Origin: the human T2T-CHM13v2.0 reference genome, Homo sapiens
Reading direction: 5' to 3' (one strand)
DNA length: 64,000 nucleotides
NCBI RefSeq assembly: GCF_009914755.1
Contig: NC_060930.1
In this document: positions 42,928-57,199 of the stretch, piece after piece
Layout of the letters: each line of letters opens with the position of its first letter
How positions within the stretch are numbered: the first letter of the stretch is position 1
Program-made: the position numbers and the translations under genes
The notes under the pieces: model-generated
The model's input: only the letters and a program-made list of their open reading frames with translations
Database searches by the model: none
What the model was told of the DNA's origin: nothing

Positions 42928-45337
42928 TGTGTTAGTCTGTTCTCATGCTGCTAATAAAGACATACCAGAGACTGGGTAATTTATGAAGAAAAAAAGAGGT
43001 TTAATGGACTCACAGTTCCACTTGGCTGGGGAGGCCTCACAATCATGATGGAAGGCAAAGGAGGAGCAAAGGCATGTCTTACATGGTGGCAGGCAAGAGT
43101 GTGTGCAGGGAAACAGCCCTTTATAAAACCATCAGATGTAAGACTTATTCACTATCACTAGAAAAGCATGGGAAAAACCCACCCCCATGATTTGATTACC
43201 TCCCACCAGGCCCCTCCCACAACACATGGGGATTATGGGAGCTACAATTCAAGATGTGATTTGGGTGAGGACACAGCCAAACCATATCATTCTGCCCCGG
43301 CCCCTCCCAAATCTCATATCTTCACATTTCAAAACTAATCATGCCTTCCCAACAGTCCCCCAAAGTCTTAACTCATTTCAGCATTAGCTCAGAAGTTCAC
43401 AGTCCAAAGTCTCATCTGAGACAAGGCAAGTCCCTTCCACTCATGAGCCTGTAAAATCAAAAGCAAGTTAGTTACTTCCTAGATACAATGGAGGTACAGG
43501 CATTGGGTAAATACACCCATTCCAAATGGGAGAAACTGACCAAAATGAAGGGGCTACAAGCCCCATGCAAGTCTGAAATCTGATGGGGGTCATTAAACCT
43601 TAAAGTTCCAAAATCATCTCCTTTGACTCCATGTCTCTCATCCAGGTCAAACTGATGTAAAATGGTGGCTCCCACAGCCTTGGACAACTCTGCCCTTGTG
43701 GCTTTGCAGGGTACAATCTCCCTCCCTGCTGCTTTCACAGCTGGCATTGAGTGTCTGTGGCTTTCCGAGGCACGCAGTGCAAGCTGTTGGTGGATCTACC
43801 ATTCTGGAGTCTGGAGGACAGGGGCCCTCTTCTCATAGTTCCACTAGGCAGTGCCCTAGTGAGGACTCTGTGTGGAGGCTCCAACCTCACATTTCCTTTC
43901 TGCACTTCCCTAGCAGAGGTTCTCCATGAGGGTTCCACCCCTGCAACACACCTCTGCCTGGACATCCAGGCATTTCCATACATCTTCCAAAATCCAGGTG
44001 GAGGTTCCCAAACCTCAATTCTTGTCTTCCACACACCCACAGGACCAACACCACGTGGAAGCTGCCAAAGTTTGGAGCTTGCACCCTCTGAAGCCATGGC
44101 CTGAGCTGTACCTTGGGCCCTTTTAGCCATGGCTGGAGTGGCTGCGAGGCAGGAGGCAGTGCAACAAGTCCCAAGGCTGCACATAGCAGGGGCGTTTTTC
44201 CCTCTTAGGCCTTTATGCCTGTAATGGGAGTGGCTGCCATGAAGTTCTCTGACATGCCCTGGAGACATTTTCCCCATTGTCTTGGTGATTAACATTTGGC
44301 TCCTCATTACTTATGCACATTTCTGCAGTTGGCTTGATTTTTTTTTTTTTTTTTAGATGGAGTTTTGCTCTTGCCACCCAGGCTGGAATGCAATGGCTGA
44401 CTGCAGCCTTCACCTCCCATGTTCAAACATGGGATTACAGGCACCCATGACCATGCCTGGCTAATTTTTTAGTAGAGACGGTGTTTCGCCATGTTAGCCA
44501 GGCACTTAAATTTCTACCCAGAAAATAGGTTTTTCTTTTCTACGGCACCGTCAGACTGCAAATTTTTCAAACTTTTATGCTCTGCTCCCTCTTGAATGCT
44601 TTGCTGCTTAGAAATTTCTTCTGACAGGTACCCTAAATCATCTCTCTCAAGTTCAAAGTTCCACAGATTTCTAGGGCAGGGGCAAAATGCCACCAGTCTC
44701 TTTGTATAGCAAGAGCGACTTTTCCTTCAGTTTCCATCAAGTTTTTCCTCTCCATCTGAGACCACCTCAGCCTGGGCTTTATTTTCCACATCTCTATGAG
44801 CATTTTGGTCAAAGGCATTCAACAAGTCTCTAGGAAGTTCCAAACTTTCCCACATCTTCCTGTTTTCTTCTGAGCCCTCTAAACTTCCAAACTCTGCCTT
44901 TTACCCAGTTTCAAAGTTGCTTCCAAATTTTCGGATATCTTTGCAGCATTGTCCCACTCCTGGTACCAATTTACTATATTAGCCTGTTCTCATACTGCTA
45001 ATAAAGACATACCTGAGACTGTGTAATTTATAAAGAAAAAGAGGTTTAATGGACTCATATTTCCACATTGCTGGGGAGGCCACACAATCATGGTGGAAGG
45101 CAAAGGAAGAGCAAAGGCGCATCTTACATGGTGGCAGGCAAGAGATGATGTGCAGGGGAACTGCCCTTTATAAAACCATCGGATCTCGTGAGACTTATCA
45201 CTATCACATGGACAGCACAGGAAAAACCTTTCCACATGATTCGATTACCTTTCCCAGGTCCCTCCCATGACACATAGGGATTATGGGAGCTACAATTCAA
45301 GATGAGATTTAGGTGGAGACACAGCCAAATCATGTCA
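42928..45337 (-). mobile_element. Full THE1C MaLR element (LTR 42928-43289, internal region, LTR 44975-45337)
   Basis: Two homologous ~362-bp LTRs (ttctcatgctgctaataaagacatacc..gacacagccaaaccatatca) flank a THE1-int sequence; TSD gttga/gttgg. Confidence 0.93.
44338..44503 (-). mobile_element. Truncated, multiply deleted AluS inside THE1-int
   Basis: Poly-T, then agatggagttttgctcttg..gggattacaggc..gtagagacggtgtttcgccatgttagccaggc; flanked by gcttgattt/acttaaattt. Confidence 0.85.
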
Positions 45338-45465
45338 GTTGGACTTCATGGACTAGGAAAATAAATTTTAAAAATAGAATGATTGACACAGGGTTGCCAA
45401 CAAGATACTCAAAAACAAAACAAATAAAAAAACAAGCCAAACCAGCAATGGCAAAAAAGTTATAT

Positions 45466-45790
45466 GGCTGGACATTGTGGCTTATGCCTGCAATCCCAGC
45501 ACTTTGGGTGTCTGGGGTGGGAGTTTGCTTGAGGCTCAGAATTCAAGACCAGCCTGGACAGTAAAGTGAGACACCCATCCAGAAAAAACGAATGAAAGGA
45601 AGGAAAGAAGGAAGGGAGGAAAAGAAAGAAAATTAGCCAGGCATGGTGGCATGTGTATTGTCCCAGCTACTTGGGAGGCTGAGGCAGGAATATCACCTGA
45701 GCCCAGGATGTTGAGGCTGCAGTGAGCCAAGACTGCACTCCAGCCTGGACAACTGAGCAAGACCCTGTCTGGAAAAAAAAAAAAAAAAGA
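45466..45790 (+). mobile_element. AluJ with GA-rich expanded middle linker
   Basis: tgagcccaggatgttgaggctgcagtgagc; linker aaaggaaggaaagaaggaagggagg; A tail. Confidence 0.88.
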
Positions 45791-48510
45791 ACACGTGGAT
45801 GTCAGAAACAGTGGGAATCATCTGCGAATTTAGAATAGAAGAAATTTAACCTTATAAAAATGTAATGACATTGTTTTTACACTCCTCTCCCATTTTGACA
45901 GAAATGAGCAAATGCAGTCACAGACCAGCACCATGATCTAACTAACCCATTTTGCAGACAGGATGATGGAGGCCTTGGAGATAGAATCAAAATGTGCCTT
46001 GATGTTCATGGGCTCTTTAGTTTACAGTGCACTTTAGTGAGATCTCTGAAAATAAAAAGATGTGTCTTTTCTTTGCAAGGGGTCACTGAAGATAGGGAAG
46101 TGGTAACAAGAGATCTTTATTTTATACTTTGTTATTAGCTTTAGATCCTGAATTTATACTATAAGCTCTAGAAGCTTTAAAACTTGAATAGAATTAAAAT
46201 TGTAGAATTATGAAACTAAGAAGGCAAACAAATCTGGTCTGTCCCCTCATTTAACAGAAGAGCCAACTGAACCCTGCGAAGATCATGATTTATCTTGGTT
46301 CCTAACACACAGAGCTGGACACGCTGTGTCTGGTTTTATGGCCATTCATAAAACCCAGAAGTCATGTGCTGACCACCAAGGTTGAAGACTGGCATCAAAG
46401 TGATTAAGATCAATAATTGTAGACTAAAGGTAGTGAAGCAAAGTACATCTGATTGGAATTTTTGATACAAATATTTGTAATAAGAACATGTTAAATAGAG
46501 GATAATTTAAAATTGGTTAACTCACACACTGATATCTGTGGAAGAATCTAAAGTAAACTTCCCAAATGCTTGTGTGCCGTGCTGACTTTCTAACTGGGCT
46601 CAGCTGAGGCTCTAGGAAGCCTGGACACTCCCAGGCTTGCCTGCCTGCTGTGTGTATTCCACTGGGGAGAGTGGGGGCGGGTGGGGTAACCAGGGTGACT
46701 CCACCAGATGCCAGACTGGGTCTGTGCCCACACATGGGGCCAGCCAGACAACATAGGAGCCTGTTCAGCTTCCCCCAGAACAAAACGCAGGATTGTTCCA
46801 GGGCTGCCCAACAGATAGGCAATAGTTACACTGGATGCTACTAAAGGAAATCCTGCCTTTAGATCAGGAATGCTGTAAAAAGATCAATCATGCCTCATGC
46901 CTGGGAAGTACCTTCTTAAAAAGAACAGCATCACCTCTGTCTTATCATTTATTCCCCCACAATGATCCAATAAAGTTGGTGGGGGTGTGGAAGCTATCCA
47001 GAAGACAGAGTAACTCATGTCTGGGCCACCAGGCCAGTGTTTGCCAGGAGCTCAACTAATGCTTGGATGAAGAAAGAAAGGATGGAAGGAAGGCGGGGGA
47101 GGGAAGTGAGGGTGCAGGTGGCGTCTCTCTTTTAGACAGGAGAAAACGGGCTCAGGGAAAAAGTGATTTGTCCAATGTAACACAAGGGATTGATGGCAGG
47201 AATGTGTATGGGGGTGGGGGGCTTTGGGCTCCTGGCCCAGGTCTCTTGCTTCCCAGGACCCCTCCAGGGCCTCTCAGCTCTTTGCTAACAGGTACATTTG
47301 AGTTACACTTTTTTAAAAAATCTTATTTTAATTGGCAAATACAAACTGTATATAATTATCATGTACAACATGCTGTTTTAACATATGTACACATTGTGGA
47401 ATGGCTAAATCAAGCTGATTAACATATGCTTTCCCTCACAAACATCAATTGTTTGTGATGAGAACACTTAAAAATCTCCTTTCTTAGAAATTTTCAAGAA
47501 TACAATACAATGTTATTAATTGTAGTCGCCATGCTACATAATAGATCTATTGACCTTATTCTTCCTGCCTAACAGAAATTTGTGCCCTTTGACCAACATC
47601 TCCTCTCCCCTAGCCCCTGGTAACTGCCATTGTACTCTCTGCTTCTATGAATTCGACTTTTTCAGGTTCCACATATAAATGAGATCACATAGTATTTGTC
47701 TTTCTGTGTCTGGCTTATTTCACTTCACATGATGTCCCCAAGTTCATCCACGTTGTCTCAAATGACAGGATATCCTTCCTTTTTAAGGCTGGATAGTATT
47801 CAATTGTGTATATATACTACATTTTATTTATCCATTTATTTGTTGATGGACACCGGTTGATCCCATATCTTGGCTACTGTGAATAGTGGTACAATGAACA
47901 TGGGAATGTAGGTATCTCTTCAACATACTCATTTCATTTCCTTTGGATATATACCCAGTAGTGGAATTGCTGGATCATAAGTTATTTGTAATCCATACTG
48001 TTATCCATAATAGGTGTACAATTTACATTCCCACCAAATGTGGAAGGGTTCCCTTTTCTTTACATCCTTGCCAACACTTGTTATCTTTCACCTTTTTGGT
48101 AAAAGCCATCTAACAGGTGTGAGTTGATGCCTCATTGTGATTTTAATTTGCATTTTCCTGATGATTAGTGATGTAGAGCGTTTTTCATATACCAGTTGGT
48201 CATTTGTGTGCCTTCTTTTATGCAATCTTGTTTATCTATTTTTGCATTTTTTTCCTGTACTTTTGGGTCATATCAAAAAAAATTATTGCCCAGGCCAATG
48301 TCAAGAAGTTTTTCTCTTGTTTTCTTCTAGTAGTTTTACAGCTTCAGGTCTTACATTTAGGTCCTTAATCCATTTTGATTTTATTTTTAATATGATGATG
48401 TTAGACAAGGATTTAATTTCATTCTTCTGCATGTGGATATCCGGTGTTCCCAATACCATTTATTGAGGAAACTGTATGTGCTTGGCACCATTGTAAAAAA
48501 CCAACTGACT

Positions 48511-48844
<334 letters not shown>

Positions 48845-49429
48845 TTATTTCTGTGCTTGCTATTCTGTTTCACTGGTCATTGTCTCTTTTTATGCCAGTG
48901 TAATACTGTCTTGACTATTATAGCTTTATAGTATATTTTGAAGTCACGTAGTATATAATGTCTCTGGCTTTTTTCCCCTCAATATTACTTTGGCTATTTG
49001 GGGTCTATTGCTTTCCATATGGATTTTAGGATTTTTTTTCTATTTCTGTGAAAAATTTTACTGGAATTTTGATAGGAATTGCATCAAGTCAATAGACGGC
49101 TTTGGGTAGTATAAACATTTTAACTTTCAGTATAAACATTCTTAACAAATTTAGTATAAATGAATGTACCTCAGTGCAATAAAGGTGACAAACCTTTATT
49201 TATTCATAAATTGATATTAATATTAATTATTCTAATCCATAAACATGAGATATCTTTCCATTTATTTATGTCTTCCTCAACTTCTTTAATCAATGTTTTA
49301 TGGTTTTCAGCATACAGATCTTTTACCTCCTTGGTTAAATTTAGTCCAATTATTTGGTAGCCATTTAAAATAGGATTGTTGTCTTGATTTATTTTTTGGT
49401 AGATTTTGGTGAGTGTATAGAAAGGATAA

Positions 49430-49595
49430 TGATTTTTGTATGTTGTGGATAGAAAACATATCCACAATTTATGTTTTGTGGATAGGAAACATATCCATAA
49501 TATATGTTTCGTGGATACAAAACATATATTGTGGATACAATACATACTGATTTTTGTATGTTGTGGACACTAATTTTTGTATGTTTTGTATGTTG
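49430..49595. repeat. ~33-bp self-complementary minisatellite within L1 ORF2
   Basis: tgtggatagaaaacatatccacaatttatgttt occurs about 3 times, plus re-entries of tgatttttgtatgtt. Confidence 0.88.
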
Positions 49596-50902
49596 ATTTG
49601 CTATTCTGCAACTGCACTGAATTTGCTTATTAGTGAAGAATAGTTTTTTGGTGGTGTCTTTAGGGTTTTCTATATACAAGAGTATGTCGTCTGCAAACAA
49701 GAACAATTTAACTTCTTCCTTTCCAATTTGGATGCCTTTTATTTCTTTTACTTGCCTACTGGCTCTGGGTAAAACTTCCATTCCATAAAACTTCTATTAT
49801 GTTGAATAGAAGTTGCAAGGGTGGGCATCCTTGTCTTATTCCTGATGCTAGAAGAAAATGCTTCAACTTTTCATTGTGGAATATGTTAACTGTGGGTTTG
49901 TCATATTAAAGTTTTGTCATCTTTATTGTGTTAAGATACATTTATTTATACCTAACTTTTAAAGAAATTTTATCCTGAAAGGATAATGAGTTTTATCAAA
50001 TGCTGTTTTTTGCATCTATTGAGATGATCATATGATTTTTGTCCTTCATTCTGTTAATGCAGTGTATATCACATTTACAGATTTGTGTATGTTGAACCAT
50101 CTTTGCATTCCTGGGGGAATCTCACTTGATCATGGTGAATGATCCCTTTAATGTACTGTTGGATTCAATTTCCTAGTATTTTGTTGATGATTTTTGCATC
50201 CATGTTCATCAGGGATATTGGACTCTAATTTTCTTTTCTTATAGTGTTCTTTTCTGTTTTTGGTAACAGGGTAATTCTAGCCTCATAAAATGAATTTGAA
50301 AGTATTCCCTTTTTTATTTTTTGGAAAAGTTTGAGGAGGATTTCTCTTATTAGTTCTTTAAATGTTTGGTACAATTCAGTAGTGAAGCCATTAGGTCCTG
50401 GACTTTTCATTGATGGGAGACTTCTTATTACTGATTTTAATCTTGTACTCATTGCTCTGTTCAGATTTTTTATTTCTTCCTGATTTAGTCTTGGTAGGTT
50501 GTTTGCCTCTAGGAATTCATCCATTTCCTTAGTTATACAATTTGTTGGTATATAATTGTTCAAAGTAGTCTCTTATGATCATTTGTACTTCTTCAGTATC
50601 TATTATAGTGTTTTCTCTTTCATTTATGATTTTGTTTGGGTCTTCTGTTTTTCTTAGTTTAGATGAAGTTTGTCCATTTTAATTATCTTTTTAAAAATTA
50701 TTTCTTAGTTTTGTTTCTCTTTTTTATCTTTTTCTAGTTTCTTGTTCTTCTATTTCTGCTGTGATCTTTATTATTTCCTTTTCTCTACTAACTTTTGGGT
50801 TAGTCTGTTCTCCTTTTTCTAGTTTTTTGAGAAATAAATGTTAGCTTGTTTATTTGAGATCTCTCTTCTTTTTTAAAATAAATATTTATTTTTATTTTTC
50901 AC

Positions 50903-51497
<595 letters not shown>

Positions 51498-51913
51498 CTC
51501 TTTCTTCTCTTTTGATGTGTTTATTGCTATAAACTTCCCTCTTAGAACTGTTTTTGCTGCATACCATAAGTTACTGATATGGAATGTTCTGTATATGTCT
51601 ATTAGTTAGATTTGGCTTAAACTGTAGTTTAAATCTGATGTTTCATTATTAATTCTCTGTATGATTTGTCCATTGCTAAAAGTGGAGCTCTTAAAGTCCT
51701 CTATTCTTATTGTATTATGCTCTATCTTTCTTTTTAGATCTATTAATATTTGCTTTGGTTGACATATGTAGGTACTCCAGCCTTGGGTACATATATTTTT
51801 ACAATTGTTATATTATCTTAATAAATTAATCTCTTTATCATTGTATTATAATGATAATAATATATTCTTTGCCTTTTTTACAGTTTTTGACTTAAAGTTT
51901 ATTTTATCTGTTA

Positions 51914-52147
51914 CAGATTGAGTTTCCTTTATCCAAAATGGTTGGGACCAGAAATGTTTTAAATTAAGTTTTTTTTGATTTTGGAATATTTGCATTATAT
52001 ATTTACTGTTTTAGCATTCCTAATCTGAAAACCAAATCCAAAATTCTCCAGTGAGCATTTCCTTTGAGCATGATATCAGCACTCAAAAGAATTTTAATTT
52101 TGGAGTATTTAAGACTTCAGGTTTTTGGATTAGGAATATTCAATCTG
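51914..52147 (+). mobile_element. Tigger4a/MER46-like DNA transposon
   Basis: TIRs cagattgagt..attcaatctg flanked by TA on both sides; atccaaaatggttgggaccagaa. Confidence 0.8.
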
Positions 52148-52250
52148 TACAACTATCCCTACTCTTTTTTGGTTTCCATTTAATAAAATATTTTTTCCAT
52201 CCCTTTCCTTTCAGTCTAGGTATGTTGTTATAAGTGAGATGAGTATCTAA

Positions 52251-52595
<345 letters not shown>

Positions 52596-54699
52596 CACTG
52601 TGTCTTTTTATTGGAGAATTTAATCAATGTTCATTCAAGATAGTTACTGGTAAGTAAGGACTTACTATTGGCATTTTGTTAATTGTTTTCTGGTTGTTTG
52701 GTAGACCTTTTGTTTCTTTCTTCCTCTCTAGCTGTCTTCCTCTGTGATTAAGTGGTTTTTCTCTAGTGTTATGCTTTGATTCCTTTTTATCTTTTGTATA
52801 TCTACTATAGGTTTTTGCTTCTGGTTACTAGGAAACTTACAAAAAATCTTAGTTATAACAGGCTATTTTATACTGTTAACTTAATTTTGATTGCAAGAAA
52901 ACTTTACACCTTCACTCTCCACCTCCCCACATTTAAAATTTTTGATGTCAAAATGTATATCTTTTTATAGTATATACCCCTTAACAAATTATTATAGCTA
53001 TTATTGTTATTATTTACTTTTACCAGTGAGTTTTATTTTTTCAGTTTTTTTTTGTAACTAATTAGCATCTTTTTACTCAGCTTGCAGACTCCATATAACC
53101 TTTCTTGTAAGACAGGTCTGGGGGTAATGAACTCCCTCAGCTTTTGTTTGTTCAGTAAAGTCTTAATATCTCATTCATTTCTGAAGAGCAGCTTCGGTGA
53201 ATACAGTATTCTTGGTTTGTAGTTTTTTCTTCAGCACTTTGAATATATTATCTTACTCTCTCCTGACCTGTAAGTTTCCTGCTGAGAAATTTGCTGATAG
53301 TCTTACTAGAACTCCCTTATAGGTGATTTGCTTATTCTCTCTTTCTCTTTCAGAATTATCTCTTTGTCTTTGATTTTTGACAGTTTATGTCTTGATGTCA
53401 TTGTGTTTGAACTGAATTGAATTGGAGACTTTTGACCATCCTGTACCCGGATATTTATATCTTTCCCTAGATTTGAAAAGTTTTCTGTTATTATTTCTTT
53501 AAACAAGCTTTCTACCAGTATGTTTCTCTCTCTTGAAGTCCTGTAACTCAAATATTAGCTCCTTTCATGTTCCTTCATAAGTTCAATAAGCTTTTTCCTT
53601 TTTAAAGGATAAATTCCTTTTTATCCTTTTTTCTTTTTTCCCCTTTGACTGTATGTTTTCAAATAACCTATCTTCAAGTTCAAAGATTCTTTCTTCTACT
53701 TGATTGATTCTGTATCTGATGTGTTCTGTTGAATTTTTCATTTCATTCATTGTATTCTTCAGTTTCAAAATTTCTGTTTGACTGTTTAAAACAACTTCAA
53801 TCTCTCCATTACGTTTCTCATTTTGGTCATTTATTATTTTCTGATTTCATTGAATTATCTGTATTTTCTTAAAGTTTGCTAAACTCCCTTAAAACAATTA
53901 TTTTGAAATCGTTGTCAAGCTGTTAATATATCTCTATTTCTTTGGGACCAGGTACTGGGAGATTATTCTGTTCTTTTACTGGTGTTACATCTTCTTGGTT
54001 TTTCATGTTTCTTGTTGCCTTACACTGATGTTTGCACATTTAAAACAGAGACTTATTTTAGCCTTGGCAGACTAAAAAAAGTGTCCTACACAAATCAGCC
54101 TGCCCAGAGATTCTAGGCAGGCTCCCTGGTATAGTTTGTAAGAAACTTTACTGCTGGAATCTTCAGGCAGGCTGACCTGGTGCCTGGGCCCATGTGGTGG
54201 GTCTACATCCTGGATCCACTGGGGGGACAAGTTGACTGGGTCTATGGGGTGGGCCTGGAGCCTGGGTCCAGAAGGGCAGCCCTGGAGGGAATGGCCTGAA
54301 GCCTGGGTCCACAAGAGCTGACCTGGCACTGGAGTGGGCCTTAAGCTTTAGTCTGCAGGGGCTTTCTGGGCACTGAGATGGTCCTGGGGCTTGGATACAT
54401 TGGGGTGTGCCTGGTGTATTGGTCCACTGGGGCCAGCCTGGAGGGTGGGTTCATGAGGGCTAACCTAGATCCTGGGGCTGTAGAGGCTGGTTTGAAACTT
54501 AGGTCCACAAGGGATGAGGTCTGGGGGGCTGGCCCAGCACTGGGATCTACTGGCATAGGCCTGTAAAAATCTTCATAGATCATGGAATCTTTGGCTGAGA
54601 AACACTTGCTTCTGAACAGAATGAGGTTCTATGAGGCCTGTCTGAGTAGGAGTTCTGTTAAGCTGTGCACTTAACAGAGAAGATGAAGGTAGTATAATA

Positions 54700-56235
54700 C
54701 TGAGAGACAAGAGTTCCACTCAGCCAGAGAAGAGTGACCTCACTGAACATGCCAGGCTTTCAGCTAATGTAGCAGAAAGGCCACATCTTAGAAGTAAAGC
54801 TACTCTACTTAGAGTAAGGACTATTCCAGACTCAGCCTAACAGGGTTTAAAAATAGGCCTCAAAAGAATTAAGTTTATCTACCTGTAAATTGTCTGTCAG
54901 CACAAAATTATATGGTTTCCAGAGAAAGACATCAAAATATGGACTCTTAACAATGTAGTATTCACAATACCCACCATTAGGTCATACACTGATGGACAGG
55001 TAGTGAGCAGGAAAATGTGATCCATAATCAGGGGGAAAACCAATAGAAAGTAACCCTGAAATAATCTAAATGTGGTAATTAGAAGTAGGCAAGGACTTTA
55101 AAATCGTTATTATAATATATTCAAGAAATTAAAGGGGAAATGCTTATAATACAAAAATAGGCATAGGATTTCAGCAGAGTAATGGAAACCATAAAAATGA
55201 AGCAAACAGAAATTTTAGAACTAAGAATTAAAATATCCAAAATGAAAAATTAATTGGCTGGGCTTAATAGTAGATTACGTTTGACAAAATAAATTATCAG
55301 GGAACTTGCAGGTTAATACATGAACACTGTCAATTCTGAAAAAGAAAGAGAAAATAGATTGAAAAGAGATTGACTTGTGGGACAAGATGAAAAAGTCTAT
55401 ACACATGTAGCTGGAGTTCCAGACAGAGAAAAAGGAGAATATAGGGCAGAAAATATTATTTGGAATACATGACTTAAACTTTCCCAAATTTAAACTTACA
55501 GACCCACGTAACTCAGTAAACCCAAGAAAAATAAAGACAAAGACATTCACACCTTGGCATGTCATAGGCAAGCTGTTGAAAATTGAAGATAAAGAGAAAA
55601 TATTTGAAATGGGAGAAAAAAACAACTAATAACAGTGAGAAACCACATTAACTACAGGGAAGCAACAACATGAATAATGACTCACATCAGAATGATTCAC
55701 ATCAGAATTAATGGAGGGAGAATACTTTGAAAAAAACTTCTTTAAAGTTCAGGGGAATAAAAACAACCTTCAACCCAGAATTCTGTACCTAGCAAAAATT
55801 TCATTCAAAAATGATGATGAAATAAAGACTTTTTCAGGTGAATGAAAATAGAATCAGTCACCAGCAGATTCACATTATAAGGAATAGCAAAAAAAGTTAT
55901 TCAGGCTGAAAAAAATCGACTCCAAATGTAATAGTAGAAGTATAGGAACAAGCAAGGAGCATCAGAAATAGTAAGTATATGGCACATATGAAGATTACAC
56001 AGTTTTTTATTTCTCTTAATTTTTAAAAAGACAATACTGTATTGGGGATTTATAATGTATTTAGATATGATAAATATGACAATAACATAACTAAGGATGG
56101 TAATAAGTGGAACTATAATACTTCAAAGTCCTTATATTTTATGAGAAGTGGCACAACTTTAATTCTAAGTAGACAGTGATAAGGATTTATATTGCAATCC
56201 CTACAGGAACAACTAGAAGAATAATGACAGACATG
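54700..56235 (+). mobile_element. Ancient L1 fragment (5' region, ORF1 and start of ORF2)
   Basis: A-rich strand; ORF1-like ggagttccaga..gcagaaaatattatttgga; tcaacccagaattctgtacctagcaaaaatttcattcaaaaatga. Confidence 0.75.
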
Positions 56236-56259
56236 CAGCTGAAAATCCAGTGAAGGAAC

Positions 56260-56690
56260 TGATGAACACTGAGTTGTGCCTTCTAGATCCCTCTAAGGAA
56301 AGACTTGTTGACCTAGCAGCAGGGACTGTTGTTGGCTGATGTCTTCTACTGTCAGACCCTTCAGTAATTATGTTAGCTTCAGAAAGGCGTCTTGCCCACT
56401 CCTTCCTTGGGCAGCCCACATTAAATGAGAGAACAATAAAAAAAATATAATGTCTGACCATTTTGGCCCAACTGAGGTCAACTCTGAAAAGCCACTGTAG
56501 CTCCAGAGGTCTCTGTGGGTCTTCAGGTGTTACTGGTGGGCCCCTGTTACAGCTCAACTTCTCTCTCTGCCCCATTCTCCTTCCTTTTCCTTTCTCCCTC
56601 CTTCAGGCATTAATCTCAAGGACACTCTTGAACAAGCACTTATGCAAAATTCTTTCTCAGAGACTTTCCCAGAGAACTCAATCTGTAACA
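56260..56690 (+). mobile_element. ERVL LTR, LTR16-like
   Basis: cagctcaacttctctctctgccca..tctcagagactttcccagagaactcaatctgtaaca, followed by a PBS-like gttaatagcaggaatg..agaaagcag. Confidence 0.65.
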
Positions 56691-57199
56691 GTTAATAGCA
56701 GGAATGTACTAAGAAAGCAGGTGAAAAAATAGAGTTTTGGAGCTGGCACACTCACTTATTCAGCTGGCAATGAGGACCTCATCACTGGTGGTAGGTGGAG
56801 TTGGTAGATGGAGGTAATAGATGGCAGATGGAGATAGCTTCTAGTATAAGACTAAGAAGTGAAGTCTAATGGCTTCACTTCTCTAGTGGGAAACTGAGAT
56901 AGTATAATGAAGAGATGTGCTGAAATGTGGATGACATGATACATCAGTCATTTCAAAGAAAAGTATAACAAAGACTTGAGATTGATTAACAAGCAAGTGG
57001 AAACCTTGGTAGCATACAAAGACTTTCCCATCTGCAGCATGAGAAAAGACAGAGCTGAGGATAAGACCTCAGACTTAATTCAGAGTAGCCAAGCTTTAAA
57101 GAATGCTAAATGCCCAATCAAGGCAGGTCTGTAATACCAAAGTCAGGGTGCTCAATGGGACGCATGGAGTGGGGCAAGCGGGTCAATGTTCCTCCAAAT

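Noticed and set aside
43472-44413. Cluster of 60-190-aa ORFs
   Set aside because: Broken remnants of the THE1 internal region plus an Alu
49430-49595. Repeat array with palindromic units resembling a CRISPR array
   Set aside because: No unique spacers, no cas genes, primate context; derived from L1 sequence
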